DNA from: Ptychomitrium polyphyllum
Taxonomy: Eukaryota
Length of the DNA: 64,000 nucleotides
NCBI GenBank assembly: GCA_973851085.1
Contig: OZ316775.1
Span: forward strand, 13,516,001 to 13,580,000
Reading direction: 5' to 3'
Below are positions 25,401-39,449 of the stretch, piece by piece. The number at the start of each line of letters is the position of its first letter. The stretch's first letter is position 1. The notes under the pieces are model-generated. The model was not told the origin of the DNA. It did no database searches and worked only from the letters and a program-made list of their open reading frames with translations. The translations under genes and the position numbers were made by a program.

Positions 25401-28400
25401 ATTAATTTTTTGCATACTAATTAAATACAAATAAAAACAATAAAATTCTAGATGGTAGGCACAAGGCAAAGACCTCATACCAAAAAAACTCTTCAATAAC
25501 AAAAACACCTACATTAAACTATATTGATAATTTATATGTTGCAGTAATAGATAAAATCATTCAAATAATCGGATTCTATATTGTTATAAAATTATTATTA
25601 TATATCTTGAAGATACTAGCTATAGATTTAAAGCACACACTTCTTCTAAAGATAAATAACAAATAATTTGTACTTCAAAATAAAATGGGCTAGTATTATA
25701 AGTTGATATATTAAATTCTTGCTAAGCTTTTAACATATTTTTTTGGCATGTTAAGTTGTTCTTTAACACTTCCAACTGTCTACACACCTAAAAAAATAAT
25801 TTGTGTCAACAATAGTAGACATGGCATAGATATGTACAATGTTATAAAAACATATATCTTTGTTTTGGCCATAGAAGAGACAAGCTTCAGTAACATTAGA
25901 ATTTGTATTATTAATATAGAAAACCATTCAAAATTAAGAATTTTGTTCCCTTACAATAGAACATGAATGCTAAGAAGAATGCTTTATCAATAATCTATGG
26001 ATCCATTTAACAATGCATGAGTAAAAAATTGTTCTTATATAAAAAACTTATGCATCACTTAAAGTTATGAAGCAATAATATTGGAAAAAAGTGTGATGGA
26101 ACATCCATTTCTACTTTAATATGCATACACTTGATAAAAGAAGTTCTTTCAAGCTGCTTACTCATTCTCTATTTAAATTATCAAATTAAAATGTCCACAA
26201 TTATTCCAATAGATGCTTCTCAGTCTCTTGAAGGAAATCACCAAGCTTATTAACAACTTTTTCCTCTTTTAAACATTTATCAACCTTGGATTTGTCCAAC
26301 CTTGCTACCTTAGAGGTTGCTACCAACTCATTTGCTAGCACTATTGCTTATGTAAAATTTTCTCCTTTTGATTTCATACAACAAAAATATTATGTGCCAA
26401 TTAAGCAACCTAATTGCATCCACCTCAATTTTAAAGGCACAAGAAAGAAAGAACTAGACAAGAAGTGATTGCAAAAATTAGCTTCCTACTAAATAATAAG
26501 AAATGATGCAAGAACTAAAAACAATGCAACACAATGAATGTACTCTACAATTTGTGCATCTAATCTTACTTTTAATTTATACCATGAAGCATATGCTTCC
26601 TAAGATACTTATAAAAAAACTTCTTATGAAACTATAGAATATTTTTGAGGTTTATAGAACCTTCTAAGTTTTCCAAAGAAGTGGAAGATACTTGAAACTT
26701 TTAGAAGCTACTTAAAAATTACTAGAAGGTTCTTAGAAATCTCTAAAGGTTCTTCAAGGCTATATTGTGATGTATGTATGTGATAGCGTGTTATTGATAT
26801 TTGTTGCAAATCTTGACTTTAAATGAATACAAAAAATCCAATAAAGTGCAAAATTCTCTAAAGATGCAAGTATTAAGAACCTTCATCTATACAATTGCAA
26901 TATATCTACCAAATCCTTGATTGTTTTTTTTAATAATTGATTGATTCTAAGGACCAAGCTAGGATGAATTAGGTTGCTTTATACTTGGCCAAAATTCCTC
27001 ATCAAGTTCCTTATCTTGCAGTTGATGGATGAATATTGTTTCATTCATTAGTAATTAGCAAATGCAACAAATAAATAAACTTACAATATGTTGATGATTA
27101 ATGGAGATGAACAAATTGTTTGATGAATGCAAGACAATTCATTGATTCATTGGTATTTTGTCAATTCATGAAACCACATTCATCTTTGAATCTTATATTC
27201 AATTAGGAATATCCAAAATAACCTCATTTTATCCATTTCAAATGTTTTCTTCAATAATGATGAAATCATGTTGTATTGGATGATTCTTTAATTGAATCTA
27301 ACGCTAAAAATGAATGTAGTTTAATAAATTGTTAAACTACCAATAAATACAAGTAGTTATTTTGCATGCATTGAACAAACTATTCAACAATAAACAGTTT
27401 TTTTAATATTTTGTTAATTCATTTTTTGTTGAATTTGTAGATTGCATTGAATTTAAATAGTAAGAAATTAAGATTTTGTCAAAGGTAGGCACTTGGACTT
27501 TTAACATTGCAATCACGTCCTAAACATAATCCATGGAAAAAAAAGTATATGACAAAAATTTATCAAATTGTTCAATTCCACTAATTTGAGGTTCATATTA
27601 CATTTCTTTTTAAACTACATTCAATATTGATATAATTCTTTCAAATTTCTAATTTAGGCATGATTTTTTTTATAGCATAACAATGGAAATTGTCAATGAT
27701 GCAGCAAGAAGTGATTCACATGTAGGAATTAGATAGAAGGCTTTTGTATGCACAAGAATTTTTAATTATTTGAGCAATCAAGTAATGGCTTGGAGAAGAG
27801 GCAAGTATAAGCTTTTTTTTATTAATGTAGAACTTGACATATTGAAGTAAGAATTAAAATACCAAACCATTGAAATTATCATAGAAGCCATTTTAAAAAT
27901 CAATAAAATTAAACTTGTAGAATAGATTTTTTGCCACAAACTTCCTTTGATCATTTGCCATGTAGTAATGTAGAAGGTTTATTTACCAAATCCTACTAAA
28001 AAAAATAAAATGCCTTCTAATATAAACCCCCTTAATTTAAGTCCTATATCTAATATATTTCTCCTTGCAAAAAAATATACTTTACTTAAGTACTATTACT
28101 AATGTAAGAGGATTTTTTATTGAAAAAGATGGAAGGTACAAACCAAAATTATCATTGATGTATCATAAGTGTAAATTGAAAACATTTCCTAACAACTTAA
28201 AATGAGGGCAAGAATCAACATCATATCAAGTTTTACAAAAGTACTACAATTGTGCAGGATCTTACTACATTCTTGCAACACTATACTTTTACTTCTCATT
28301 ATTATCTCCTCTAAGTATCCGTAGTTGTTACACTCATTTGGAACTTAATTTATTTGTATACAAAAATTTAACATGGAAATAAACTAGTATGTGATAAAGA

Positions 28401-31400
28401 TTGCAACATTTTCAAGGGGATGTAGAAGTATCAAAACCACCACAACAATGTCCAAGAGTTTAACCATTGATTTTCATTTGTCAAAACATATAAATAGGAA
28501 AACAATTAAAATGTCATTTTATTGCAATTAAGTCACATTAACTTGCACAAGCCATGTATAGGATTTTTGAATTAATTGAAATAATTAGATTCTTCAAATG
28601 CTTCTTTAAGCGTCCATTTCTACATCTTGGACTTATACATGCCAAATATGTTTGCTTGTGTGAACTTACTAACATCATTGCAAATTTCTATGGAATGCAA
28701 TTATATTACAAGTATTCTTGTAATCAAATTGTAGATGATTTTGTTTGCTTCAACATGCGTTAGAACATCAATGGCCTAAATTCTTATGCAATACATGCAA
28801 ATATCAATAACACATCCTACTATATTACACGCAACTTCTTGTTGAAGACATCCAACCTTCCTTCACATGTTTTGACTCCAATTTAGGTGGCTATTTGGAT
28901 CCCAATTACATAAATTATGACAATATTTTTTGCCATGACCACCACTATGGTTGCACCATGTTATAATATAATTTTATCATTATTGGAAGTAAAATGTTGT
29001 TCAATAATTTTATATATTTTTAAACGGGTCATATTATTTGACAACTCAAACATTAATTATAAATGTTTGGATACATATGTTCCAAAATAAGATTAAATAT
29101 GGACTTCCTTCAATAGAAGGGGATTATTTGTATATCAATTCTACAATTTTGTATCACTTTGGAGAAATGTGGCAGCATGTGAGGCCATGTTTATTATACA
29201 CCTACCAATTATATATAGTTAGATTTATATAAGAACATTTTTTGTGTTCTTAATACATAACAAGTCTTCTAATAAGGTGGATGTATAGTTGTAGAACAAC
29301 TTATGCCTTTTTTAGTTGAATGTGACCCAAATGATTATTGATAATTTGTAAACTTGCATTGATTAAAGATTCACCATTTGATAAAGCATTTAAATTGAAT
29401 ACTACCTAAATCAACTTAGATATGACATTCCAATTAGAAAAAAGCCCTTAAGCATTGATCTTGATCTCATAGTACGTTCTTTGTTACACAAATACAATTG
29501 TTTTTGGCAATACTTTTTCTATTGTGAAATCTAGTGTTTGTATTTGGCTCCCATCTACTATATCATAAAAAAAAAGGACTTACCTTGATAAAAGTTATTG
29601 ATGCATGAGGTTAATATATTCTTAAAATTTATCTTCTTTTTATAAAAAGCCAATTATAAGAAATTGTTTACACATGTTAAAGCATTCATAAAACCATTCA
29701 AAGATTACCATGCAAATTTTAATACCCTTGACATTCTAATCAGATTTTCAAATTCTTTGTTTACAAAACTTCTAAGCCCCTTTGTTTCACCATATGGTTT
29801 TTAAAGAAAATTAAATCATTGAAATTCTTAAATTCACCACAAACTACAAAGCACACCTTGAAAACAAAAAGATACTTGACAAAAATGGAATGTGAAGGCT
29901 TATTACAAAGTAGTGCAAGACAGAGCTTCTTCAACTACCACTTGTTATAAAACACCAGCATTCAACAAAATAAACTTTTCATATTGTTGTCATCATTGTT
30001 TTCTTCACATCTTCATTCATTTGTCCCCATGGTCACCAAACTTTGTCTCTGTGCTAACCCAATCCACCCATGCAAACCAAATGTGTGCAATACTTGAAAG
30101 TTGATGATGTCCCAACAGCCAGTAGCAACCAATATGGATTTAGAAGTGCATCTCATTGAGCAAGTCAATCCATCCACATGCAGTGAGCCTTACAAACTGC
30201 AGTTCTTTGTAATAGTGTACTTCACAGCTGACACTAAATGTCTCAATACTACTTGTGCAACCTAGACACAATGTGTGGCATTCATGTCAAAGAATGTAAA
30301 CACATTCTAAAAACTCATTAAGAGTGAGTTTTTCATCTTTTTAAAATTTTTCTTTTGATTGTATCTTGCTCACCATGTGTTCTTGGAATTTTGTATTATG
30401 CTTTTGGAATTCCACAATGTGCCTTTGCAATAGGTTGTTTCAGATAACTCTAGTGCAGTAGGAGGGCTACTTGTGAGTTGTGTTACGCACCTGTAGAACA
30501 CTGCATGTGGGAGAGAACTGCACTGAAATGAGTTCCCAGCTAAGGAAAACACTGAATCAACTGCATGCCATGAGCTTAAGCTTAGGAAAAGGACATGCAC
30601 CTATGCATTATGCAACTGGAAGACATGTTCTTTCATGTTTTTTGGAGCTCAGTGAGCTGATGACAATGTGTCTTGGGAGCTTCACCATTCTAGGAACTGT
30701 ACTAATAAATTTGAATGATTCAATAATTTTCCTCAATATTGGGAGGTTCAGTTGAAAATTAGGCTTGTGATAACCCCTAAAGAAAAATCTTTGGAAAATA
30801 CTAGAGTAGACCAGGTGCAATTTCATCTGCATGTAAGCTGACAGAACAAGCACTCTGAATGCTAAGCAACGGTTGTGAATTTGCAGGAGGTACACCTGGC
30901 AATAGCTGTGGACTGTAGATAGTTCATATTTGTAGTTCCTAGAAACTTGCAGTGGCCACAGTTCTCATTAGAAGTCACAGCCTGATCAAATTTGCAGTAA
31001 GGTAAGTTAATCAGATCCATGACCAACATGAATGTGGATCCAGTCTTCTCTATTTCCCATGCCACTAACTCTAGCCATGACGCTGTCAATCTGAGTAGGT
31101 CATCAGGACCAATGATGTTGCTGATATTAAGGCTCTTAACAAAATTGCTGAACCCTGAGTAGAGGTTTGAGCCTTTTGCCTTGAAGTTATTTTGGTTACT
31201 TGAAGCGTTTGTAGTAAATTGTCATGACCATTAAGTCATTGGCTAATATCACTCAAAGACATGATTGATATGAGGCTAATTGCTCAAAACATGATATAAA
31301 TTTAATCAAGAAAACTCTCTAGCCAATTTACTAAAATTTGCACCTCAAAACATCATTGGGTCTGGTAGGGCCTATCTTATTCAACACAAAATTAGCCAAA

Positions 31401-34400
31401 AAGGTTTCACTGATTGTAATACAGTAATACTCAAATCCTGAGCAGCCAAATCTCAGAAACTGGCTGACCAAACTGTTAACAAAAGTAAGAAATATTCAAT
31501 AATAAAAACGTTCTAAAATATTATCATGTTTCAAATAAACTTTCAAGGATAATTTCAAACACAATATTTTTTTGAAAATTTAGGTGAAATAGCCAAATTT
31601 ACAACATATACTATCATTCATATTTTGGACAAAAATTGGTTTATACCTGGTTTTCATAATATTCTCCAGTAGTTGAAAGCAACTTCTTTTTATGTTGGAA
31701 AGTGGAAAATGAAGAACAAATAATAATTAAGGTAAGCGACAATAAGTACATAAAGGTGTGAGTCTGGTTTATTAAAGACTTTGTGGTAATATTCTTTAAT
31801 TTTTACTTTTTTCTTAGAGCTAAATTCTCAAACCTTGATTTTTCACCAAATAGTTTATAATCAACATTCAAGAGTTTTAATTGACTATTCTAATTTTAAA
31901 TTCAAAAATCAAAATATCATGTAGTTTTTATGATGGTTGTTGAAAAAATCTTAGTTTCTTATTTGTCACATATAATTTGAAATAGTGTACTAAACAAAAG
32001 CACCTAGGAAGATATATAATGAATCCAAAAGAGTTGTTGTTAAAATAATATTATAGGTGCTATTATTATTAATCTACCAGGTCTTCTACTTGGTACTACT
32101 AAATTCTCCACCTAGTGTTATAGGGTCAATTATAGATTGATAAGTCACATTAATAACTTCTCTTAAATTGGAACAAATTGCTTATTGGACATTGATTGAT
32201 AAGCAAGAGAAGAGTAGTTTTAAGGTTAGGTCAACTAAATTTAATTTCAAGCCTAAACATTGGATATGAACTTTAGATTTAGAATATACACTAAAGAGTT
32301 GCCTTATAAATGACATGCATTTTTTTTATTACCAATTTGTTGAGAATTGTCCTACTTTTTGTACATTCTTTTTGCTAATGAACTTTTGCAACATTTTCAA
32401 GTTTCTCTCGTTTTTTATTTTAATTTTAAAATATAAGTTATAATTTAGATCAAATATGAGAGTTATATAAGAAGATTTTCAAGCTATTGATGCTATTTTG
32501 TGTTGTTAAATGCAATCTAATTGGTTATTAAATGAGGAAGTGACCTTTTTCACATTTAATACCTGATATTATTGGATGATGATTGTTGAGATTGTTTATT
32601 GTTAATTCATCCAAGAGATAAATGTAGATCTAAAATTATAGGATTTAAAATTTAAAACTTTTAATTAGAAGTGTTGGTGTATACATACATTTCTTCTATT
32701 CAAGTTGCAATCTTTTGGCAATAAAAATGCTTTTTGAAACTAAGCTGTCTTTTTCTTTGTTTTGATTGTCAAAGTCTTTGATTTCAGTCTATAATTGTTT
32801 TGATTTCTTTTTTGTATTTTTCAACTTTTCTTCCTATTATATAATTTTGATTTGATATTCAATAGATATTGGATTTTAATACCTACATATATACACATCT
32901 TATTTTATTTCAATGTTTAATATGATATATGTTTCTAAAATTTTAGAAAGTGGAAGCAATAAAAACTTCAATTTAGAAAATGTTTGCATTTATTTGTTCC
33001 ATCAAGAATCTTCAAATGCCATTCAAAGTTTTATTGGTTTATTCTCAAATTATAGTCATTTAAATATTTGCAAAGCATGTGTAGATTATAATTTTATTAG
33101 GATGAAAGTGTAGTAAATGGACTCATACATGATCCGTAATTTATTATAATGAATAATTGACTACAATTGCATTAAAGAAGTATTTAATTTTTAATTTTTT
33201 TTTTATAAACAACAAAAGATACCATCTTTTAAAACTGTCTTTTGTTCATTGTTCATCTTTGAATTTAGAATAAATGATTTATTGCAACAAAAGTGACTTA
33301 GAAGTGATGTAAATGGCATTGGCATTATTAGCATAAGTAAAAAGTGAAATGAAAGTACTTCAACATTATGGTTTTTCAACTTTTATGAATGACCATGATT
33401 TTTTTAGTCTAAAACCATCATTGCTTTTGAAGTTTCTTCTATGTAAATAGAAATAAAATTTAAAAAATTTAATTAAAACATCTTGTTGAAAATGATGTGA
33501 ATAGAATTTTAAACCATTTTATTACAAATACACATGCAATGTGGAGTCAATTTTTTAACATATTAAACAAAATCTCCATATGATATAAAAAATAGCTAGT
33601 AATTATCAAAATCTTATAATTTATAACTTGAATAGTAGAAAATTACATGAATAGACAATAGTCTATCTTGTATGATATATAGTTTGAACTTCAAAGAATA
33701 TTTTAGAATGATGTGCAATTTTGATTAGTAATATGTATTTAAAAAAGAAATGGTATTATGATGCCATATATATTGAAATTCATAATGCTTTACTATTTTT
33801 TTTAAAACTTAAATTTTATTAATATAACTTTGGAATTCAATCTAAAATAAAACCCCCTTAAAGTATAATGCTTGCCTGATTTTTATAATATTTTGGATTA
33901 ATGCAAGAAATTATTACAATAGTTATATTTGATTTGGAATTTATCTTAACAATTTTTATTAAAATTAGAGATAGTTATTTAAGGTTTTAGTCATTTAAGA
34001 TAACAAAAATTATAAGCTAGTATTTTTAGAATAATAAAATGGAAAAGATTCACATGCAAAAGATTATTTGGTCTCAAAAAATAACATTTGTGATTTGAAT
34101 AGATGCATTTATAATCCGCTATTCATGCTTATTTATAGATTATTTTTCTTGCTACATTTGTTCCTTGTATATTAAAAAGGACAATAAAGATATTCATATT
34201 ATTGAAATAGAAGGAATATTTATATTGTGTTCATGAATAACAAACCACTAAAACGGAATTACAACATTACTTTGTGATTCACTGTGTATTGTTTTCATCC
34301 ATGATATTAGTAATGACTGGCCTTGAATGTTCTACAATAATATGTCAAAAGGTTTTGAGGAATTTGTGGCTCAAAATAGAAGCATCTACATATTATTTTA

Positions 34401-36465
34401 GTAATTTCCTAAAATGAATTAATAAAAGTGATCTACTTCAACATTTATTTACCAACAACAAATAATGTTTGTTTTTATAACTATAGTATACATACCATAT
34501 TCTAATTTACATGCTTATGTTTTGGATTTTAATTCCTTGTTGTTATATAATGATTCTTAGAATGGAACTTGATTTTAAAATATCTTTCTTTCAAATTTTA
34601 AGTCTTGAAATATTTCTTGATTGCTCAATTGAACCAACATGTTTATTTTCATACCTCATTAGATCTCAAATTACTAATAGAAATTTCTAAGAAAGAACCA
34701 TGTTGTTAAGGATTAATTCCTTAATACAATCAAAAGAATTAACACCAAGTTTGTGTTTGGTGTGTGATTCTTATCAACATAATAATAAAGATTCCCATCA
34801 TTTGGAAATTCATTCAAAAATAAAAGCTTAGTGTCTAGCATATTTTGCAATACAAAATCACCTAAATACATCCTATATGTATCCAATTTCAAGATACACC
34901 AATTTTTTCAACAAATATTTTGAATCATTAAGTATTTGAAAATTTAGAGGTTTTTTTTTTCATTATGCTTGTTTTTTAGCTTCAAAAATTGGAACTTATA
35001 AACTATTTAGAAGTCTCAAAAATCGTGAATTTTCAAGATTTGTGTTTTTTTAATACATAAATATATGACGATTGGTTATAAATGAATTCAATACAAAAGC
35101 ACACATTTAAATAATTGAAGCAACATTTGTAAGTGCTTCTTCTTTGGATCATGTTTACATCTAGATTTAATGGCTTAGACTTTTCATTGGTAGGAAATAA
35201 AGAAATAAAGATTTCTTGTTATTAAAAAGCATTGATATCCTTTAATTAGGTTTATATCAAGCATGATGTAGGCTTTAATCCAAATTTTGTTTTTTAACAA
35301 ACAATCTACATATATGTTACAGAAGTTTATCACATAGGACTTGTTTCTTAGAACCTCAAGTGGTTATTGATTTTTGAAAGTCAAGAGCCTATGTTACTTC
35401 CAAAAACCTCTTCCAAAAACCTGGACCATGCAGCATGATCCTTAGCATTATTCAAGAAGTATATGAATAATCAATTATTCTTTTTACTATGGGCCATGGC
35501 CCTCTTATTTGAATTTACACTTAAACCTTGGGTCACATTCCACTAAAACAAGGTGTTCTACTTACAATGATCTCATCCATCAAGCAAAATAACATTGGTG
35601 TCTTGGGGCTGGGGCCCAAGCTTGGAAGTGTAAACAGGCCCCCAGCATTTCCCAACAAACTCTTTACTCATGTAGGCTTTCCCATATTACTCTCCTTCTG
35701 ACACTTAGCATGACTAGGTCTGTGAATTGTGAATTGAACATCATTGGTTTTCTCATTATTGAAATCTAATTTATCAAGTAAAGATCAGCCCATCATGGAT
35801 GGATGATCTGGAGAACAGGGATGCCTGGACTGTCATGATTCATGCAGTATGTGCACGTTGGAAAAACATAGCAATACTCAAATTGTAAGGAAGAAACTTC
35901 CTGATGATCTTCACACAAAACATGAAAGATGTGGGTGTAGTTAACAAAACATGTGCTCCCATAGTCCACAAAACATGAATCAGTGGGATTCTCTGTTTGT
36001 TTAGTTTTTCAAAATGATTCAGATACACCTAAAGTCTCTTATTTTGATTTGGTTTTCAATCTCATGAAATTTTGGTTTTTGATGCCATGTTCATTAACAG
36101 CTAAAGGTAGACATGTACTTAAGTCTGTTTCAGCAGAGAGGTTTGGCCAGCAAAGTAGCTTCATTACCTTCATTGTTTCAGAGACCATCCTGGCTCACGA
36201 CCTAAATCCCAAATGCTTGCAGTATTGAACAACTCCCAAAAGTACCAGGACAAATCACTGTCTCAGTTTTACAAGTTGTGGCTTCCAAGATCCTACCTGG
36301 TTTAACTAGATTCTTGTACTTTGGCTTCAGTGGAAAAAATGTGAAAGAGTTTTAGAAATAGGAAAAAGAAGAAGAAACCAAGGTAATCACAAGTTCAATT
36401 GTGTTGACGTTTTGTTCTATTTATACTGAACAAAGCAATTTTGGGATGATCTGAACCTTCACTGT

Positions 36466-36609
36466 CAACTCCAAATTATTTTCCAACTCCAAATTATTTT
36501 CCAACTCCGAATTATTTTCCAACTCCGAATTATTTTCCAACTCCGAATTATTTTCCAACTCCGAATTATTTTCCAACTCCGAATTATTTTCCATCTCCAA
36601 ATCATTTTT
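36466..36609. repeat. 18-bp tandem array CAACTCC(A/G)AATTATTTTC, 8 copies
   Basis: Units start at 36466, 36484, 36502, 36520, 36538, 36556, 36574 and 36592 (last degenerate). No spacers, so not CRISPR. Confidence 0.95.
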
Positions 36610-38602
36610 TCTGATTTTCTAACCAAAATAGAGTTATATGATTACTTAGAAAATGGTTATTGTTATTTTGGACTCACATTCAACTACACTATTTTACTAA
36701 TGACACAAACTTGATCTTCAAACCCAGAACAACCTGTTTTCAAGCTGTAAACTTTATGTACAAAAATAAACTACATGATTTCTACCAAGCTTAAATCCTT
36801 TAGTAGCCTATTGCTGAAAAAACAAATGGTGAAGAGAAAAAATTTCAATAATATTTCATCTATTAACGAACATCTGCAACCCGAAAAAATAATATAAAAT
36901 TGTGTTGTAAAATATTTCATTTCTGTATGAGGTTTGTGGAATAAGAAAAAGAAGATTTGATTTTAATATGTCTTTGTTTTCGGTAGAAGCCATTCACCCA
37001 AGATTTTAAGATTTCAATTCAAAAGTGCTAGTGAAAAATTGAGCTCGTAAATTCAAACAACCAAGCAATTTCAAAAAACCACCATGCTTCCAATCCATTG
37101 GAACAAATTTAAGCACATGTTTTTTAATATTCAGTGAATCATTCGATTTAATATGACTTATGAATGTCAACTTTTACATTTCACACAAAAATATTAGTAA
37201 TAGCATTTATAGGTTTAATACTATGGGTACAATCTAAACTTCAAAGCCTATAAGTTTTATAAGTACTCCAAGTTCAAATTGCTCTTGTTAGTTGTAATTT
37301 ATTGAAGACTTGTGCAAATTTCCAATTTAGAAAAAGGTTGGATTTATTTTGGAACTTAATATATATGTGAATATAGTTGCAAGTACATAGATAGTTAAAT
37401 CCTTCACAAATCAAATCCATTTTTAGACTTGAATATTTCTAAAAATACATTAAACCTATTGGTAAAAAACAATCCAAAAAACAAAATTTATAATTAAATC
37501 ATTAGGTTTGAAATGATATTGAAGATTTTAAAAATAAATCATTAAAATTATAAATGAATTATTATTACTGTCTACAAGGTTTAGCAAAAAATTAAGCATT
37601 TATTCTTTCTACACCAAATATCCATTTGCAAAAGATACAATTTGATAGTGTAGGAATGTTCTAGCTTGTGAAGGAAAAATATAAATTTTAAAAAAAAACA
37701 TTGAATTTTAAATTCTCTCTATTTTATGGTACATTCCATTACAATAAAAATTATTTAGTTTGAATTTAGACTTTAAACCTCAAGTATACATGTAAAGATT
37801 AATTTGAATATTTTGAAATATATAAATGAATCAACTTGAAATATGAATTTATAAGGAATATGAGTATTTTATACTTGGGATATTAGACTCTTAGGACAAG
37901 GATCCATATCGTCTACCAGTTTATGTTCCAAGGTGCAAAGCAAAGTTAAACATATGAAGGTAAAGGAAAAATACAAAATTCTCCAAGGAAAAAATAAAGA
38001 TTTTTATTAGAGCTATATTCAGTGATTTGGTGCATTTTTCTTCCTCGGTGTGTGTACGAAGTATGACAGAGCTATCTGGCTACGGTATGAGCCCTAAGGA
38101 TGCTGATTCTCTGTGGCATAACAACCGTGCGGACCGTGCGAATAAGAATTTTTTCACCTGCGCAAGGCAGGACGGTTTTAGGTCAGAATGCCAAAACCAA
38201 GCGGCCTAGCTAAGTCACGTGGTGAGTTGGGGGTCGCGTTGAGGGCATCAATGTGGGAATGGGTGTGCCCGCGGGGGGGTCTCAGAATGCTGACTGTGAG
38301 GAAGTTATTGTTTCAACGCCTAAAGCCGCTCCGACTGGTTTGGGGGTTGGTACCACCAAATTCTTCTTTTGAGGTATTTTTTCACGTTAATATCTGGAGT
38401 TATGGATTCTTAAGCTTTCTTAAAGTCACGTTTTTAGAACTGTGTAATACTTTTGTCAAAGGCAGACTTGTGTTGCCTCGGTTTGAAAGTAGCCTTGCCA
38501 AAATCATAGACTTAAGCAACCAAAGAATTAAACAATTACCATGGCGAAAGTATTTCAGGTAAAAAAAAATCCAACAAATTACAACAAAAGAATGCAAATT
38601 TT

Positions 38603-38642
38603 TATAATAATAATAATAATAATTATTATTATTATTATTATA
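38603..38642. repeat. Perfect 40-bp palindrome TA(TAA)6(TTA)6TA
   Basis: Read directly; centre between 38622 and 38623. Confidence 0.9.
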
Positions 38643-39449
38643 TTATAATCCTCTCGAAATTAAATTTTAAAGGAATTTTGAAATTAGAGTTTCAAATAAC
38701 CATATTATGAACCATTAAGGTTTATAACATTTGTAGCCAATATGCCTAAAAGCCCCTATTAATTCAAACAAATTATTTAAATTATCTATATATTAACTTT
38801 CATTATATGAGTATTTTTTTTCAAAGTTTTGAAATTTTTGCTATGTAAAAATTAACGTAATTTTTGTTTTAGAAATAAAAGACATCCATGAAGCATTTCT
38901 ATTTGATTTTGAAGAAAAGAATATGATGGGCATGGGTTTGATACACAGTGCTTTTTAATCAAATTGAAATGACTGAGTATGAATTAAGTGGTGGTTATGA
39001 ATTATTGTTTGATTTGTTAATGAATTAATTGGCAACTACTTGATTTGAGCTTTTGGAAGAACATTCTGAAAAACCATAATTAATTTAATTCATTCAAAGA
39101 ATATGATACAGATTGGAGTTAGCATTTATGAAACAATACAGAAAGCGTTAGCATTTATGAAACAAAAATGTATGATGTTTTTTTACAAAACCTGTGAATA
39201 CCACATGAAATGACCAGATTCAAAATCTTCGCACCAAACTGTTTTAGATTTTAATAGTAGCAGTCTGTAGACCAAATATATATTTAAAAAATAAAAACTG
39301 TTGCACATTTCTTCAATTCCAATTTTCAATGCTTTTGATAGTTGCTTTTGCTAAAGGTGACCTTGCATGTGGTAAATTCAGTTTTTAGCACAGCTGATAT
39401 GAATCTACAAACCTAAGGTAAATTTCACCTTTCAAATTATAAAAATAAA

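Noticed and set aside
26800..29900. Minus-strand protein-like scraps (LLDIVVVVLILLH, HGATIVVVM, LQDKELDEEFWP)
   Set aside because: Too short and degraded to assign. Transposase, helicase and channel-like readings are all possible and none is supported.
31700..35000. Possible LINE relic on the plus strand (YTKELPYK, FLNTIKRINTKFVFG)
   Set aside because: No reverse-transcriptase core motifs (QG.PLSP, YADD) are recoverable, so the similarity is within chance.
36466..36609. Possible CRISPR-like array
   Set aside because: Contiguous units with no unique spacers, eukaryotic context, no cas genes.
38030..38260. snRNA or telomerase RNA gene suggested by the USE-like TTCCCACATTG
   Set aside because: No TATA at the expected spacing, no recognisable snRNA sequence, and no CTAAACCCT template. 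Kept only as an unexplained island.
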